Below are positions 20,502 to 30,009 of a DNA stretch of 32,024 nt, one piece after another; position 1 is the stretch's first letter; each line of letters starts with the position of its first letter. The notes under the pieces are model-generated. The model did not search any database, had not been told where the DNA came from, and saw nothing but the letters and a program-made list of their open reading frames with translations. Source of the stretch: Trichomonas gallinae (lineage: Eukaryota); the NCBI GenBank assembly GCA_008369845.1, contig MRSU01010033.1, positions 1-32,024 of the forward strand. The letters are read 5' to 3'. Both the position numbers and the translations under genes were made by a program.

Positions 20502-21674
20502 CTAAACTATTTCAATATTCTCTGGGTTGCAAACATGAAGGGATAAGTCATCGGTGGAAACAAGTAATGAATTGATTTTTGATACAAATTTCATGGCAAT
20601 TGGTCTACTTGCGAAGTTAAGCTCATCTATGTGTAAAGCAGTATTTAATTCGTATTCATTTAGGTGCCCATTGTCTGTACCAATGAAAAGTTTATCATTA
20701 TCTGATATTTCAAGAGCGCAAATAGGACTAGAATTGCGTGTTATATGTGCCACACATGTAACAATACCTCTAATATCCCAAATTCTGCATGCTTTATCAA
20801 TTCCTCCTGTTGCAATTATTCCTTCATGATTTGTCGCAATCGCAGACACTAGTGTATAGTGCGCATCAAGTGTTTGCACTGTGTCCTTGCTACGGTCATC
20901 AAATATGTACATGGATCCGTTTTCTGTTCCAGCTACAACATAATCATCATATTTTGAAACTGAAACGCAACTTATATTTTCTTTGACTTTTATTTCTCTA
21001 AGAACCTTTGATTTTATCAGATCTGTTACATTAATAATCCCGTCTCTGCTTGAAGAAAGCAATTTTGATCCATCGCTTGTAAAATCTAAGCTTGTTATTA
21101 TATTTTTATGGGCAGATATGTTAGCTACAGCTAGATTAGACTTAATATCTATCAATGAAATTGATCCACAAGGTCCTGTAACGGCTAATAAAGCATCTGA
21201 AGGATGAAATGCTGATTTTCTTACGTAAGAGTTGTTTCCAACGAGTTTTATTCCTGTTGCTTCGGTCATTATTGGTATTTCTTCAGCTTTTACGTTGTAA
21301 ATAGAAGCAAAACTTCCTAAAACAACAGAATTTCCATCCCATGATGTCGAAATCGATGAAATTGGTGAAGTAAATTTCAAAACTTGATCTTTAGAGTGTG
21401 GTTCTGTTGATGTTTGTTTCATATCAAAATTTGTAGGAAATTCTTTAAATTCAGGTAAATTAATGTCATTTAATATGTCTTTAGATTGTGCAAATAATGC
21501 TAAATCTGAATGAAAGTCGAATAATTCATTTTTCATTTCGAAAGCATGCTGTTCTAATGCTTTAAACATCGGATATAGTTTCCCACTCCTTTCGTAACTC
21601 TTTTGAAATTCATCGAAATACTTTTCTGGAGGAATTTGTGTTTGAATTCTACCCTGATATCGAAAAAAAGTCAT
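20502..21674 (-). CDS. WD40-repeat protein (possibly Tup1/Groucho-like), 390 aa
   Basis: WD repeats AHKNIITSLDFTSDGSKLLSSSRDGIINVTD and AHYTLVSAIATNHEGIIATGGIDKACRIWD. Helical N-terminus; SYVRKSAFHP is weakly reminiscent of Tup1 LYIRSVCFSP. Confidence 0.85.
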   Translation of the reverse strand: MTFFRYQGRIQTQIPPEKYFDEFQKSYERSGKLYPMFKALEQHAFEMKNELFDFHSDLALFAQSKDILNDINLPEFKEFPTNFDMKQTSTEPHSKDQVLKFTSPISSISTSWDGNSVVLGSFASIYNVKAEEIPIMTEATGIKLVGNNSYVRKSAFHPSDALLAVTGPCGSISLIDIKSNLAVANISAHKNIITSLDFTSDGSKLLSSSRDGIINVTDLIKSKVLREIKVKENISCVSVSKYDDYVVAGTENGSMYIFDDRSKDTVQTLDAHYTLVSAIATNHEGIIATGGIDKACRIWDIRGIVTCVAHITRNSSPICALEISDNDKLFIGTDNGHLNEYELNTALHIDELNFASRPIAMKFVSKINSLLVSTDDLSLHVCNPENIEIV

Positions 21675-21675
21675 T

Positions 21676-21794
21676 TGACAAAATTATCTGACATTTGTCA
21701 AAAATTTAATTTTATTGTCAAAAATATTTGTCAGAAAAAATAAATTTATTTGTCAAGGAAATATTTTATTGTCAAAATTTTAATTTTATTGTCA
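21676..21794. promoter_or_regulatory. Bidirectional promoter region with a TGTCA/TGACA motif array
   Basis: The gap between divergent ATGs (21674 - and 21835 +) is 160 bp. It contains TGACA at 21676 and 21689, and TGTCA at 21696, 21716, 21729, 21751, 21770 and 21790. The regulatory role is inferred from position only. Confidence 0.5.
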
Positions 21795-21834
21795 GATTTG
21801 TATACGTTTAAAATTAAAATATCAATTTCATCTA

Positions 21835-22152
21835 ATGACATACGACTTCAACAAACTTCTCTCTCCGGCATTTTCAAAGACAATACCAAAAGATACATCA
21901 TCCACCGAAATAAATCCAAGCACTGCGATTCCAGTCGATATTTTCAAAGTTGATGTGATGGCTTTCTTAGACAGCTTCAAAGATATCCACGCCCCACTCA
22001 AACAAATAAACGATAATCAAGCATATGCAAAGCGTGCTTTACAAGAAACAAAGCAGAATATTGCAGCATTTGCTCAAACAACCAACAGAAGAAAAGAATC
22101 CGAGAGGAGAAGTCTCAAAGCAGCTCCACGTCAAGTTAATATCAAGTTTTAA
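21835..22152 (+). CDS. Hypothetical small protein with a predicted coiled-coil/basic C-terminal half, 105 aa
   Basis: ATG-initiated ORF with higher GC than its flanks and an ordinary soluble-protein composition. No family recognised. Confidence 0.65.
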   Translation: MTYDFNKLLSPAFSKTIPKDTSSTEINPSTAIPVDIFKVDVMAFLDSFKDIHAPLKQINDNQAYAKRALQETKQNIAAFAQTTNRRKESERRSLKAAPRQVNIKF

Positions 22153-22688
22153 CTTACGGTTCACATTCTTAAAATTTAATTGTTATTTTAATAAAGCATT
22201 CACTGTATATTTAAATCGATAACTTTACTTTTTTCCTCAATGCTATATTGTTTATAGATTCTTGTTGCGTCAATAAACAAAATTTGTGATTCCCGATGAA
22301 ATAAGGATAAGAGCTTTGTTTTAGAATATCATTAACGAGTCCAAATGTAAGACCGATGTTTGCTATAATCATAATTCCGTTCACGTTATGATATTAAATT
22401 TGTCCAAAAAATTAATTACGTTCATAGATTAATTTTCTTTGTCAAAAAATAAATTGCTCGCTGTATTATGTTTATATACGAGACGGCATGATTAAAATGT
22501 GAAATTTGTCGTTTTATTCGTGTCAACAAAAAATGATGTACTAATAGAGATCTATATATTATCCAGGTTTTCAAAAAATTAGAAAAACAATGATCCCACA
22601 TACTTCGGGGCTCACTAAGGCTCAGAAATCTCCTCTAACCGCTTTACACTTCTCAAACTAAATTCAATAAAATTTCAAAAAACCAAAA

Positions 22689-23990
22689 ATGAGCAGTAGT
22701 GAGCACTACCATCACCACTCGGAGCACAACCCTCAGCACGAGAGAGGCCTTCTTGAACCGGAAGACTGCCAGAGCTTCTTAGCGCACGATCACGATCATG
22801 AAGATCATCATCACGATCATCATCACCATGACCATGACCACGATCATGACCATGCTGCACAGGGTGTGACATGGCGTCTCATCACTATGATTGTATTAAC
22901 AGGAGTTTTCTTCTTGGCGGAATTAATTACAGGTTTCGTTACGAAATCCCTTTCACTTCAATCTGATGCCTGGCACATGCTCTCTGACGAGGCATCTCTC
23001 GTTATCGGTCTCATTGCACACGAATATGCTAAGAAACCACCAACAAAGAAATATACATTCGGTTTAGCACGTGCAGAAGTCATTGGTGGCTACACTAATG
23101 CTATTTTCCTTCTCGCTGTTTGCATGACAATCCTCTTTGAGGCTATTGAAAGATTCATCAAGGTCGAAGAAATCGTTGAGCCGCTTGCTTTCCTCATTGT
23201 CGGTGGCCTCGGCTTGATTGTCAACGTCGTTGGTATTTTCATCTTCCACGATCACACACACTCAGATAATATCCAAGGTATCTTTTTACACATCATTGGC
23301 GACCTTCTTGGCTCAGTTGTCGTTTGCGTTTCAGCTGCTGTCAACCTCTGGACAAACTGGGAGGGCAAATACTATCTCGATCCAGCTTGCTCAATTTTCA
23401 TCTTCATTATCCTTGTCTACGGATCCCAGAAGCTTCTTAGAAAGACAGGAAAGACAATGCTCGAGACATGCCCAGAGGCAATTGACGTCGATGACATCAA
23501 GATGGATTTGATGAAGATCGAAGGCATGGTTGCCGTTCACGATCTCCACGTTTGGGAACTCTGCAAGCAGAGATACATCGCTCTCCTTCACGTTGTCGTT
23601 GATTCCAAGGATAGAAACAAGAAAGTCCTCGAACAATCTCACAATATCATGATTGCACACAAATGCTACTCAACAACAGTTCAAATCGAGTTCGTTGATG
23701 ACTTCCCACAGGGTACAGACCATATTGGATCTTGCTTCTACGCTACATCTTACGGATCAGATAAAAGAATCTTCCAGACACCACCAGTTTACCAGCATTC
23801 TATCGGCTGCCCACACGTCAACATCCCAGGACATGAGCATGACCATGATCACGACCACGATCACGATCATGACCACCATGACCATGATCACGATCATCAC
23901 CACGACCACGGCCATTCACACGATGATGACCAGCATGATCACTCTGATGACCATGATCACCACCATCAAGATGTTGAAAACCAATTGTGA
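22689..23990 (+). CDS. Cation diffusion facilitator (SLC30/ZnT-like) zinc efflux transporter, 433 aa
   Basis: CDF signature SLSLQSDAWHMLSD and YTFGLARAEVIGGYTNAIFL. TM5 NIQGIFLHIIGDLLGS gives the His-Asp/His-Asp transport site; YLDPACS and the cytosolic-domain motif VHDLHVWEL are present. His/Asp-rich tracts lie at both termini. Confidence 0.95.
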   Translation: MSSSEHYHHHSEHNPQHERGLLEPEDCQSFLAHDHDHEDHHHDHHHHDHDHDHDHAAQGVTWRLITMIVLTGVFFLAELITGFVTKSLSLQSDAWHMLSDEASLVIGLIAHEYAKKPPTKKYTFGLARAEVIGGYTNAIFLLAVCMTILFEAIERFIKVEEIVEPLAFLIVGGLGLIVNVVGIFIFHDHTHSDNIQGIFLHIIGDLLGSVVVCVSAAVNLWTNWEGKYYLDPACSIFIFIILVYGSQKLLRKTGKTMLETCPEAIDVDDIKMDLMKIEGMVAVHDLHVWELCKQRYIALLHVVVDSKDRNKKVLEQSHNIMIAHKCYSTTVQIEFVDDFPQGTDHIGSCFYATSYGSDKRIFQTPPVYQHSIGCPHVNIPGHEHDHDHDHDHDHDHHDHDHDHHHDHGHSHDDDQHDHSDDHDHHHQDVENQL

Positions 23991-24789
23991 AGGAAAAAAT
24001 AAATTAATTATTACTTTCTCCATCAAAAATTTATAAATTTCTCCTGACAAAGTAAAAATAAATGCATAGTATCAGAAATAATCATATTTTGAATCCTCAA
24101 CAGTCTTTCTACAGTTTTTTTCTTTTGGCAAATATCAAATTTTTTTGTTTTTAAATATTTTAATGGATTTCGGATCATAATCCATAACACTGCATAAAAA
24201 CTAATGAATTTATTGATTTTAAACAACTAATTTTTAATGAAATTTTTAGAATTTTAACAAAACAGAATAAAAATACTTGAAAATTGCTAAACATTTTTTT
24301 CAAATTCTCATTTTTCATTTTCACAAACCCTTTATTTGACGAATTCAACCATACTATCAAAACAAGCATAAGCTATCATTAATATTCCTACATATGTCGA
24401 TCCATAATTTCTATCACAATCATGATTTGCATATTTGATTTCCATTTTTTAATCATATTACGCGAAAATAATCATTGCTATATAAGTCTTCTACGAAAGA
24501 AAAATTCAAATTACAATTGTGAGAAGCTCAATCAAAAATATTTTTTATATGTAATTTCAAATTTCTGCTTTAAGCTCATAACTACTTGATAAATCATCAT
24601 TATATACAATTTTATTACATTTCCCAAAGAAAAATTGGTAGATTTCAAAATAAATATATTTTTTGATATTTTAAAAATTGAGAATTGAGAGAAATTAATC
24701 AGTTATTTGAGTTCTATATAAGACAAAAATTACAGAAATAGTATATATTTTGAGATTGCGAGACATAACGTCTCTAGAAAAAATAACAA

Positions 24790-26264
24790 ATGACGACTTT
24801 GCAGTCTGCAGCAGCCCAAGGAAAACTTGATGTTGTAAAATCGCTTATTAACAGTGGTGTTGACATCGATGCGCAGACTAGTGATCATTCTACTGCATTA
24901 CACAGAGCTGTTTTTAATGAACGTGAAGAAGTTGTTCGTTTTCTTATCGAAAATGGGTCAAATTGTAATCTACAAAATGGAAATGGTAAGACACCACTTC
25001 ACATTGCCGCCGCAAAAGGAAATTTATTGATCGTTATTCTATTACTTGAAGGATATGCAGAGAAATCTCCTCGTGATAAGAATAAGAAGACTCCATTGCA
25101 TTACGCATGCGAGCACGATCATTCATCTGTTGTTAAATACTTATGTAATGCCGGTGCTGAAATTAATGTGACTGATAAGAACGGAATTCATTATATTTTT
25201 ATTGGGCTCCTATTCACTATGCCGCAGCAAATGGATTAGAAAATACTTTGAGGACTTTACTTGATTTTAACGCTGATATCAATATCGCAAGAGTGCAAGC
25301 AAACACTCCTTTGCATGTTGCTGTCAACTATGGACATCAGAACATTGTTGAAGTGCTTGTCGACAACAATGCTTTGATCAACGCCCAAAACAGAGACGGA
25401 CAAACACCTTTACACGTCGCTGCTAGAACAAAACAACAAAAAATACTCGACTACTTACTTTCAAGAGATGCTGACTGGAAAATAGCGGATAATAACGATG
25501 ATCTGCCTATTTTCGTTGCAATTGCAGCAAATAATTCGGAAGCAGTGACAACATTCCTTTCTAAAGGATTTGATGTCAACACTGTGAACGCAAAGAGCCA
25601 GACGGCACTGCATCTCGCAGCAATTGCTGGAAGTACAGAGCTTTTACGTAGAATTATTGATTATAACGCAGATATCAATGCAGTCGACTATCTTTTGAAT
25701 ACACCATTACACTATGCTTCTATGGCTGATAATGCTGATATGGTTAATAACCTTCTAGCTCATCAAGCTAACGCAACATTGAAAAATTCGAAAGGAAAAT
25801 CGCCATTCTTCTACGCAAACGAAAACTGCGCGAGAATATTCAGACAGCACTTCCAAAACGACGTCAATATTCTTCAAGAAGGCGCAAAAGACCAATCTCC
25901 GAAGCAAAGAGCTGTAGTTAAGAAGCATGTTAAGTCTTCGATTCCACCACCACAGCCAATCAAAGGACCAAAGCCACACAAGCGAACAACACCAATACAG
26001 AGGCCTCATAGTCAACAGCCGAAGGAGCAAGAACGTTACGAGCAGAAATATCAATATCAGCCAGCCAGACAACAATCACAGCCACCAAGACCAGTTTACA
26101 GACAACCAGTTCAGACGAAATCGAACTCTGATGAAGTTGCAAAATTAAGATTTGAAATGCAAACGCAAATCAACGATCTTAGATCGGATTTCAATTCTCA
26201 GATGGCACAGATTCTCAATTTGGTCAATGGAATCAGAGCAAAACTTGATAACGAAGCCAAATAA
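24790..26264 (+). CDS. Ankyrin-repeat protein (about 11 repeats, Pro/Gln linker, C-terminal coiled coil) interrupted by a 17-nt insert; 485 aa if the insert is removed
   Basis: ORFs 24790..25239 and 25248..26264 are halves of one gene. TPLH-type motifs recur every 33 aa, and the missing repeat start (WAPIHYAAANG) is encoded in the -1 frame from 25203. Confidence 0.85.
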
Positions 26265-26765
26265 TTTTATTTGCATAGTTATTTTTATTTTATTATGTTT
26301 ATTAGATAAAACCATTCTTTTGATATACTTCCCTTCATCCCAAATCCTCAAAATTTCAATATTAATTTTTATCAAATTTGGAAATCTTTAAAAAATGCTC
26401 CAAAAATTCAAATATAATCTCATAATCTTAATAAAAAATAAAGGATTAGTAAATGATTAAGAAATAACTATATTGATTTCAATCTCAAATTATTTTTGAC
26501 TAAATATGAGTATAATATATAATAAACAATATTAATATATTAATTCTTTAGTGTATTATTAAGCTATAATTGTTTAGACAGATGATTATTATTGGATGAC
26601 GAGTTATTGATGCAAAAAGAATCTCGAGAAAAAACAAAAAATAAATTTCGATTTTTTAGTGCTAAATAGACATAAAAATGACAATAAATTAATAATTCGT
26701 TGTTATTTTTGCAGATAATAAAATTGAATGTGTGTACGTTTGAGAAAAAAAAATAGATTTCGAAA

Positions 26766-27557
26766 ATGACTGCACTGACACCTAAGTGTTCAAGACGCTC
26801 CCCATTCAAATCTCCAGACCACTTCGGGATACCTGTTCCATCTCTCGACTTTAACTCGCCAGCGAGGGAAGAAGACGACAGTGACAATGAAATTGACGCC
26901 ATTCCAACATTGCCTCTTTCTGGAGCAGTTCCAAGGATCACAGGCCAAACATTAGTCGATATGCTTACAGGTGTATACGATGAATTCTTCGATTCTCTAT
27001 TTATTATCGATTGCAGATATGATTACGAATATGCAGGCGGCCACATACAAGGAGCTGTTAACATTAACAATCCAGCAGAGCTCTCCGATGCATTCTTCGA
27101 TGTGCCACTTGATAGATCCATGGTTATCTTCCATTGCGAATTCTCACACAACCGCGGCCCAGAAATGGCATCAATCTTCCGCGGCTTCGATCGTGAGCTC
27201 AACAAGAATCGATACCCATTCCTGTACTACCCGCACGTCTACATCCTGGACGGCGGATACAAAAAGTTTTACGCCGAGAACTCTGATTATTGTGATGGGG
27301 GCTACACGCCGATGCTGGACAAAGATCACACATTGAATGGTGACCTTGTCAGGAGCACATCACAATACCGCGAGAATATGGAGAATCTCAACAAGGAAAT
27401 GAGAAAAACGCTCGGAGAATTGCCAATGCACAAAAATTCGATGCATTTCATGAGTCCAATGGCTCCTTCAATGCCTCAGTCACCTATGGCAACAAAGATG
27501 CTCAACTTTTTGGCCAGCCCTGAATTCAAACGCGGACCTTATCACCAGGAATACTAA
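26766..27557 (+). CDS. CDC25: Cdc25-type rhodanese-fold dual-specificity phosphatase, 263 aa
   Basis: IIDCRYDYEYAGGHIQGAVNI, active-site loop FHCEFSHNRGP (HCX5R), and DRELNKNRYPFLYYPHVYILDGGYKKF, all characteristic of M-phase inducer phosphatases. Confidence 0.9.
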   Translation: MTALTPKCSRRSPFKSPDHFGIPVPSLDFNSPAREEDDSDNEIDAIPTLPLSGAVPRITGQTLVDMLTGVYDEFFDSLFIIDCRYDYEYAGGHIQGAVNINNPAELSDAFFDVPLDRSMVIFHCEFSHNRGPEMASIFRGFDRELNKNRYPFLYYPHVYILDGGYKKFYAENSDYCDGGYTPMLDKDHTLNGDLVRSTSQYRENMENLNKEMRKTLGELPMHKNSMHFMSPMAPSMPQSPMATKMLNFLASPEFKRGPYHQEY

Positions 27558-27558
27558 A
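27555..27558 (+). promoter_or_regulatory. UAAA polyadenylation signal overlapping the UAA stop codon
   Basis: TAA+A at the Cdc25 stop. The same arrangement occurs at 17082 (+), 27973 (-) and 2023 (-), and is the known trichomonad pattern. Confidence 0.45.
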
Positions 27559-27970
27559 ATTGTCTTTAAATTATCTATGTGTTAAATCATTGAGATTTTT
27601 ACATCTTTCTAAATCTTATATTCATATATAGCACATTCAATTTTGAAAATATATCTTTAAAATATAATTTTTTCATTTCATTCCTTTAAAAAGAAAAAAT
27701 AGAACATATTAGTTCATCTGAACAAAATCATCATATTTAAAAGATTAGATCAATAAATTTTCGAATTTGAAAATTATAATCGTTTAATTTAGATTTTGAT
27801 GGAAAGTATATAATATATTGACATTTCTTAAAACATTGATCATGTTAATTTTTTTGATTTGTTAAGATATTTGATAATTTGATTAATTTTTTAAAGAATT
27901 AAGCTTTGTGTGATGAAAAAAGTTAGTTCATTTTTGATGGATTCTAAAATAAAAAGCAAAAAGTTTAAAT

Positions 27971-29098
27971 TTAAGCAGATTCAAGAATAACGAAGAAATA
28001 TTCAACTTCAAGAGGTGCATCTTCTTCTAAATCGGTACAATGAACAGCGTTGTGGACCAAATCAGTTCCAAATAATGCGCGAAGGCTCTGTGGACGGATC
28101 TGTTTCGCGACAGAAACATCACGTGGGCCGCAGAGCTTTCTAAACTCAGACACAGCGTTATCTTTCACTAGCTCTAGAGCAATGAGCAGGCCAGACGCCA
28201 ATTCTGATACCATATCTGAATAATCACCAACAACAGTTTTGTAAATTTCGAGGAATTCACCAGCCGTTGGAATTTCGAGCGTTGTCATAACGGCACCGGC
28301 GATAGTGAATCCTTCTCCGATAATCTGACGAATGATTGGACCAGCAAGTCCTTCCTGAATTGCGTGAGGTTTAATAATACAAAGTGTAGATCCTTCGCAT
28401 TGAGATGCAAGCTCGACGGCATTCTCACAGAAGATGATCTGAAGCTCTCTGGCAGCAGATTCTGGTGCGTCTGAGCCATGAGCGAAATTTTCTGTTGTGC
28501 TACGTGCGTAAAGTGCTCTAAGAGAGTTTGGTGCCTCCTTCTTGGCTGTGTCTAAGTTTGTTGGACCGATAATTGTGCGCCATTTCTTAATAGCGTTTGG
28601 ACCTACAAGATCCATAGCAACAATTGGTCCGCTTGTAATATAATTAACTAAATCGTTATAGAATGGCTTTCCTTCGTGCTCCTGGTAGAATTTGGCTGCT
28701 GTTTCCTTTGACACATAACCGTATCTTAATTTGCAAACAACAAGACCGCTTTCTGTGATTCTTTCTATGGCCTCACCGAGACGGTTGACGAATCCTGGTT
28801 TCAACATAGCGTAAGTATGCTGAGATTGCTGGTTAAATGCATTACGAGTATCTTCATTCTGATAATCGATGATTTCGTACTGGCGTCCGTTGATAAGGAG
28901 CTTGCTGCCGATGTACAAGTCCTTAATTTGCACATTATGATTTGTCGTCTTCTTGAGGAATGTTCTTCTTTGTCTGATATCGTAGATTTCGATTTCGCCC
29001 AAACGCGTGAAATAACTAAGAACGTACGGGCGAACGAGGTCTGCACGCTCATCGTAAAATTCTAATTTAAATGAGTATGTTGGAAACTCGGAGTTCAT
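27971..29098 (-). CDS. NME7: Nucleoside diphosphate kinase 7 (DM10 domain plus two NDK domains), 375 aa
   Basis: N-terminal DM10 (YSFKLEFYDERADLVRPYVLSYF...EIYDIRQRRTFLKKT...DLYIGSKL). NDK-A has TYAMLKP, FYQEHEGKPFY and NFAHGSD; NDK-B has TLCIIKPHAI and NAVHCTDL. Start moved from 29197 to the ATG at 29098 because the extension is AT-rich low complexity. Confidence 0.93.
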   Translation of the reverse strand: MNSEFPTYSFKLEFYDERADLVRPYVLSYFTRLGEIEIYDIRQRRTFLKKTTNHNVQIKDLYIGSKLLINGRQYEIIDYQNEDTRNAFNQQSQHTYAMLKPGFVNRLGEAIERITESGLVVCKLRYGYVSKETAAKFYQEHEGKPFYNDLVNYITSGPIVAMDLVGPNAIKKWRTIIGPTNLDTAKKEAPNSLRALYARSTTENFAHGSDAPESAARELQIIFCENAVELASQCEGSTLCIIKPHAIQEGLAGPIIRQIIGEGFTIAGAVMTTLEIPTAGEFLEIYKTVVGDYSDMVSELASGLLIALELVKDNAVSEFRKLCGPRDVSVAKQIRPQSLRALFGTDLVHNAVHCTDLEEDAPLEVEYFFVILESA

Positions 29099-30009
29099 AA
29101 AAATAACGGACAAGTGTTGCGACGGTTTTAAATTTTCGTTATTTATTTTGTTTAGATTTTTAATATTCTTTAATGATATAGATATTGAATTCATCATTTT
29201 TTACAATTTTTGGTTAATAATTTGATATTATTAATGTTATTTTTGAGCTTAAACATATAAATTAAATACAAAAATCCATACATATTATAACTACAAACTA
29301 ACAGGTTCCAAAATAAATACATAGAATTTTTGACAAAATATGTTTACACTGTCAAAATATATTCGTTGATAAGTTGATTTTAGTTTGAGTTGGAAAAATA
29401 AATAATACACATCATATGTATTTTGAATATATCATTTCCAATATTCTTTTGTCGATAAATTATGCAAATAGTTGATATTTTGGCGTTTCAATAAGATAAT
29501 TCATTTTATAAATGGTTTAAATTTATTATAACAAGCTACAAAAAATTTGATTTTTGAATGTTATGGGCGCAACAGCAAATTCAAAAAAAAAGAGAAGACT
29601 TGAGTATACAAATTAGAGCTTAGTAAATACTAACGAAGCATCTACATATGGTATCTGGTAACATATTAACTTCTGGAGGAAATTTAAAAAACTTTGACTA
29701 GATTTATATTGTAAGGTTGCTGATTCAATAAATTTACCAACATCACTTTTTAAGTATGCCAGCAACATTTTTGTATATAGGAAGCTATTGATTAGATATG
29801 CACTTTTCCCCATATAACTAAAAATTTCTAATAAAATCATCATAAAAAAATACCATATCATTATTAAATCATATCTTTATATCCTAAATGAAATCATATT
29901 GGATAATAAATTTTGACTTTGCGTTTTTTGAAATTATTTAAACACATTTTTGGTATCTATACAGAATAACCAACAAAAATCGGTGGAAAATTTCTACAAA
30001 AAAAAAATC

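Noticed and set aside
21676..21794. TGTCA array as a CRISPR-like repeat-spacer array
   Set aside because: Cores are only 5-9 nt, the spacers resemble each other and are AT-only, there are no cas genes, and the context is eukaryotic.
25188..25192. TCATT (Inr-like) inside the 17-nt insert as an internal promoter for the 3' ankyrin half
   Set aside because: There is no nearby in-frame ATG, and the exact 33-aa periodicity across the junction argues for a single gene.
5245..29098. Apparent growth/cell-cycle cluster (TOR, RRP1, CDK, CLASP, Cdc25, NME7)
   Set aside because: Orientations are mixed, unrelated genes are interspersed and these families are large. Nothing in the sequence supports co-regulation.
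29613..29861. 82-aa - strand ORF between NME7 and the poly(A) polymerase
   Set aside because: No motif, and the hydrophobic start is attributable to AT richness. Evidence is insufficient.
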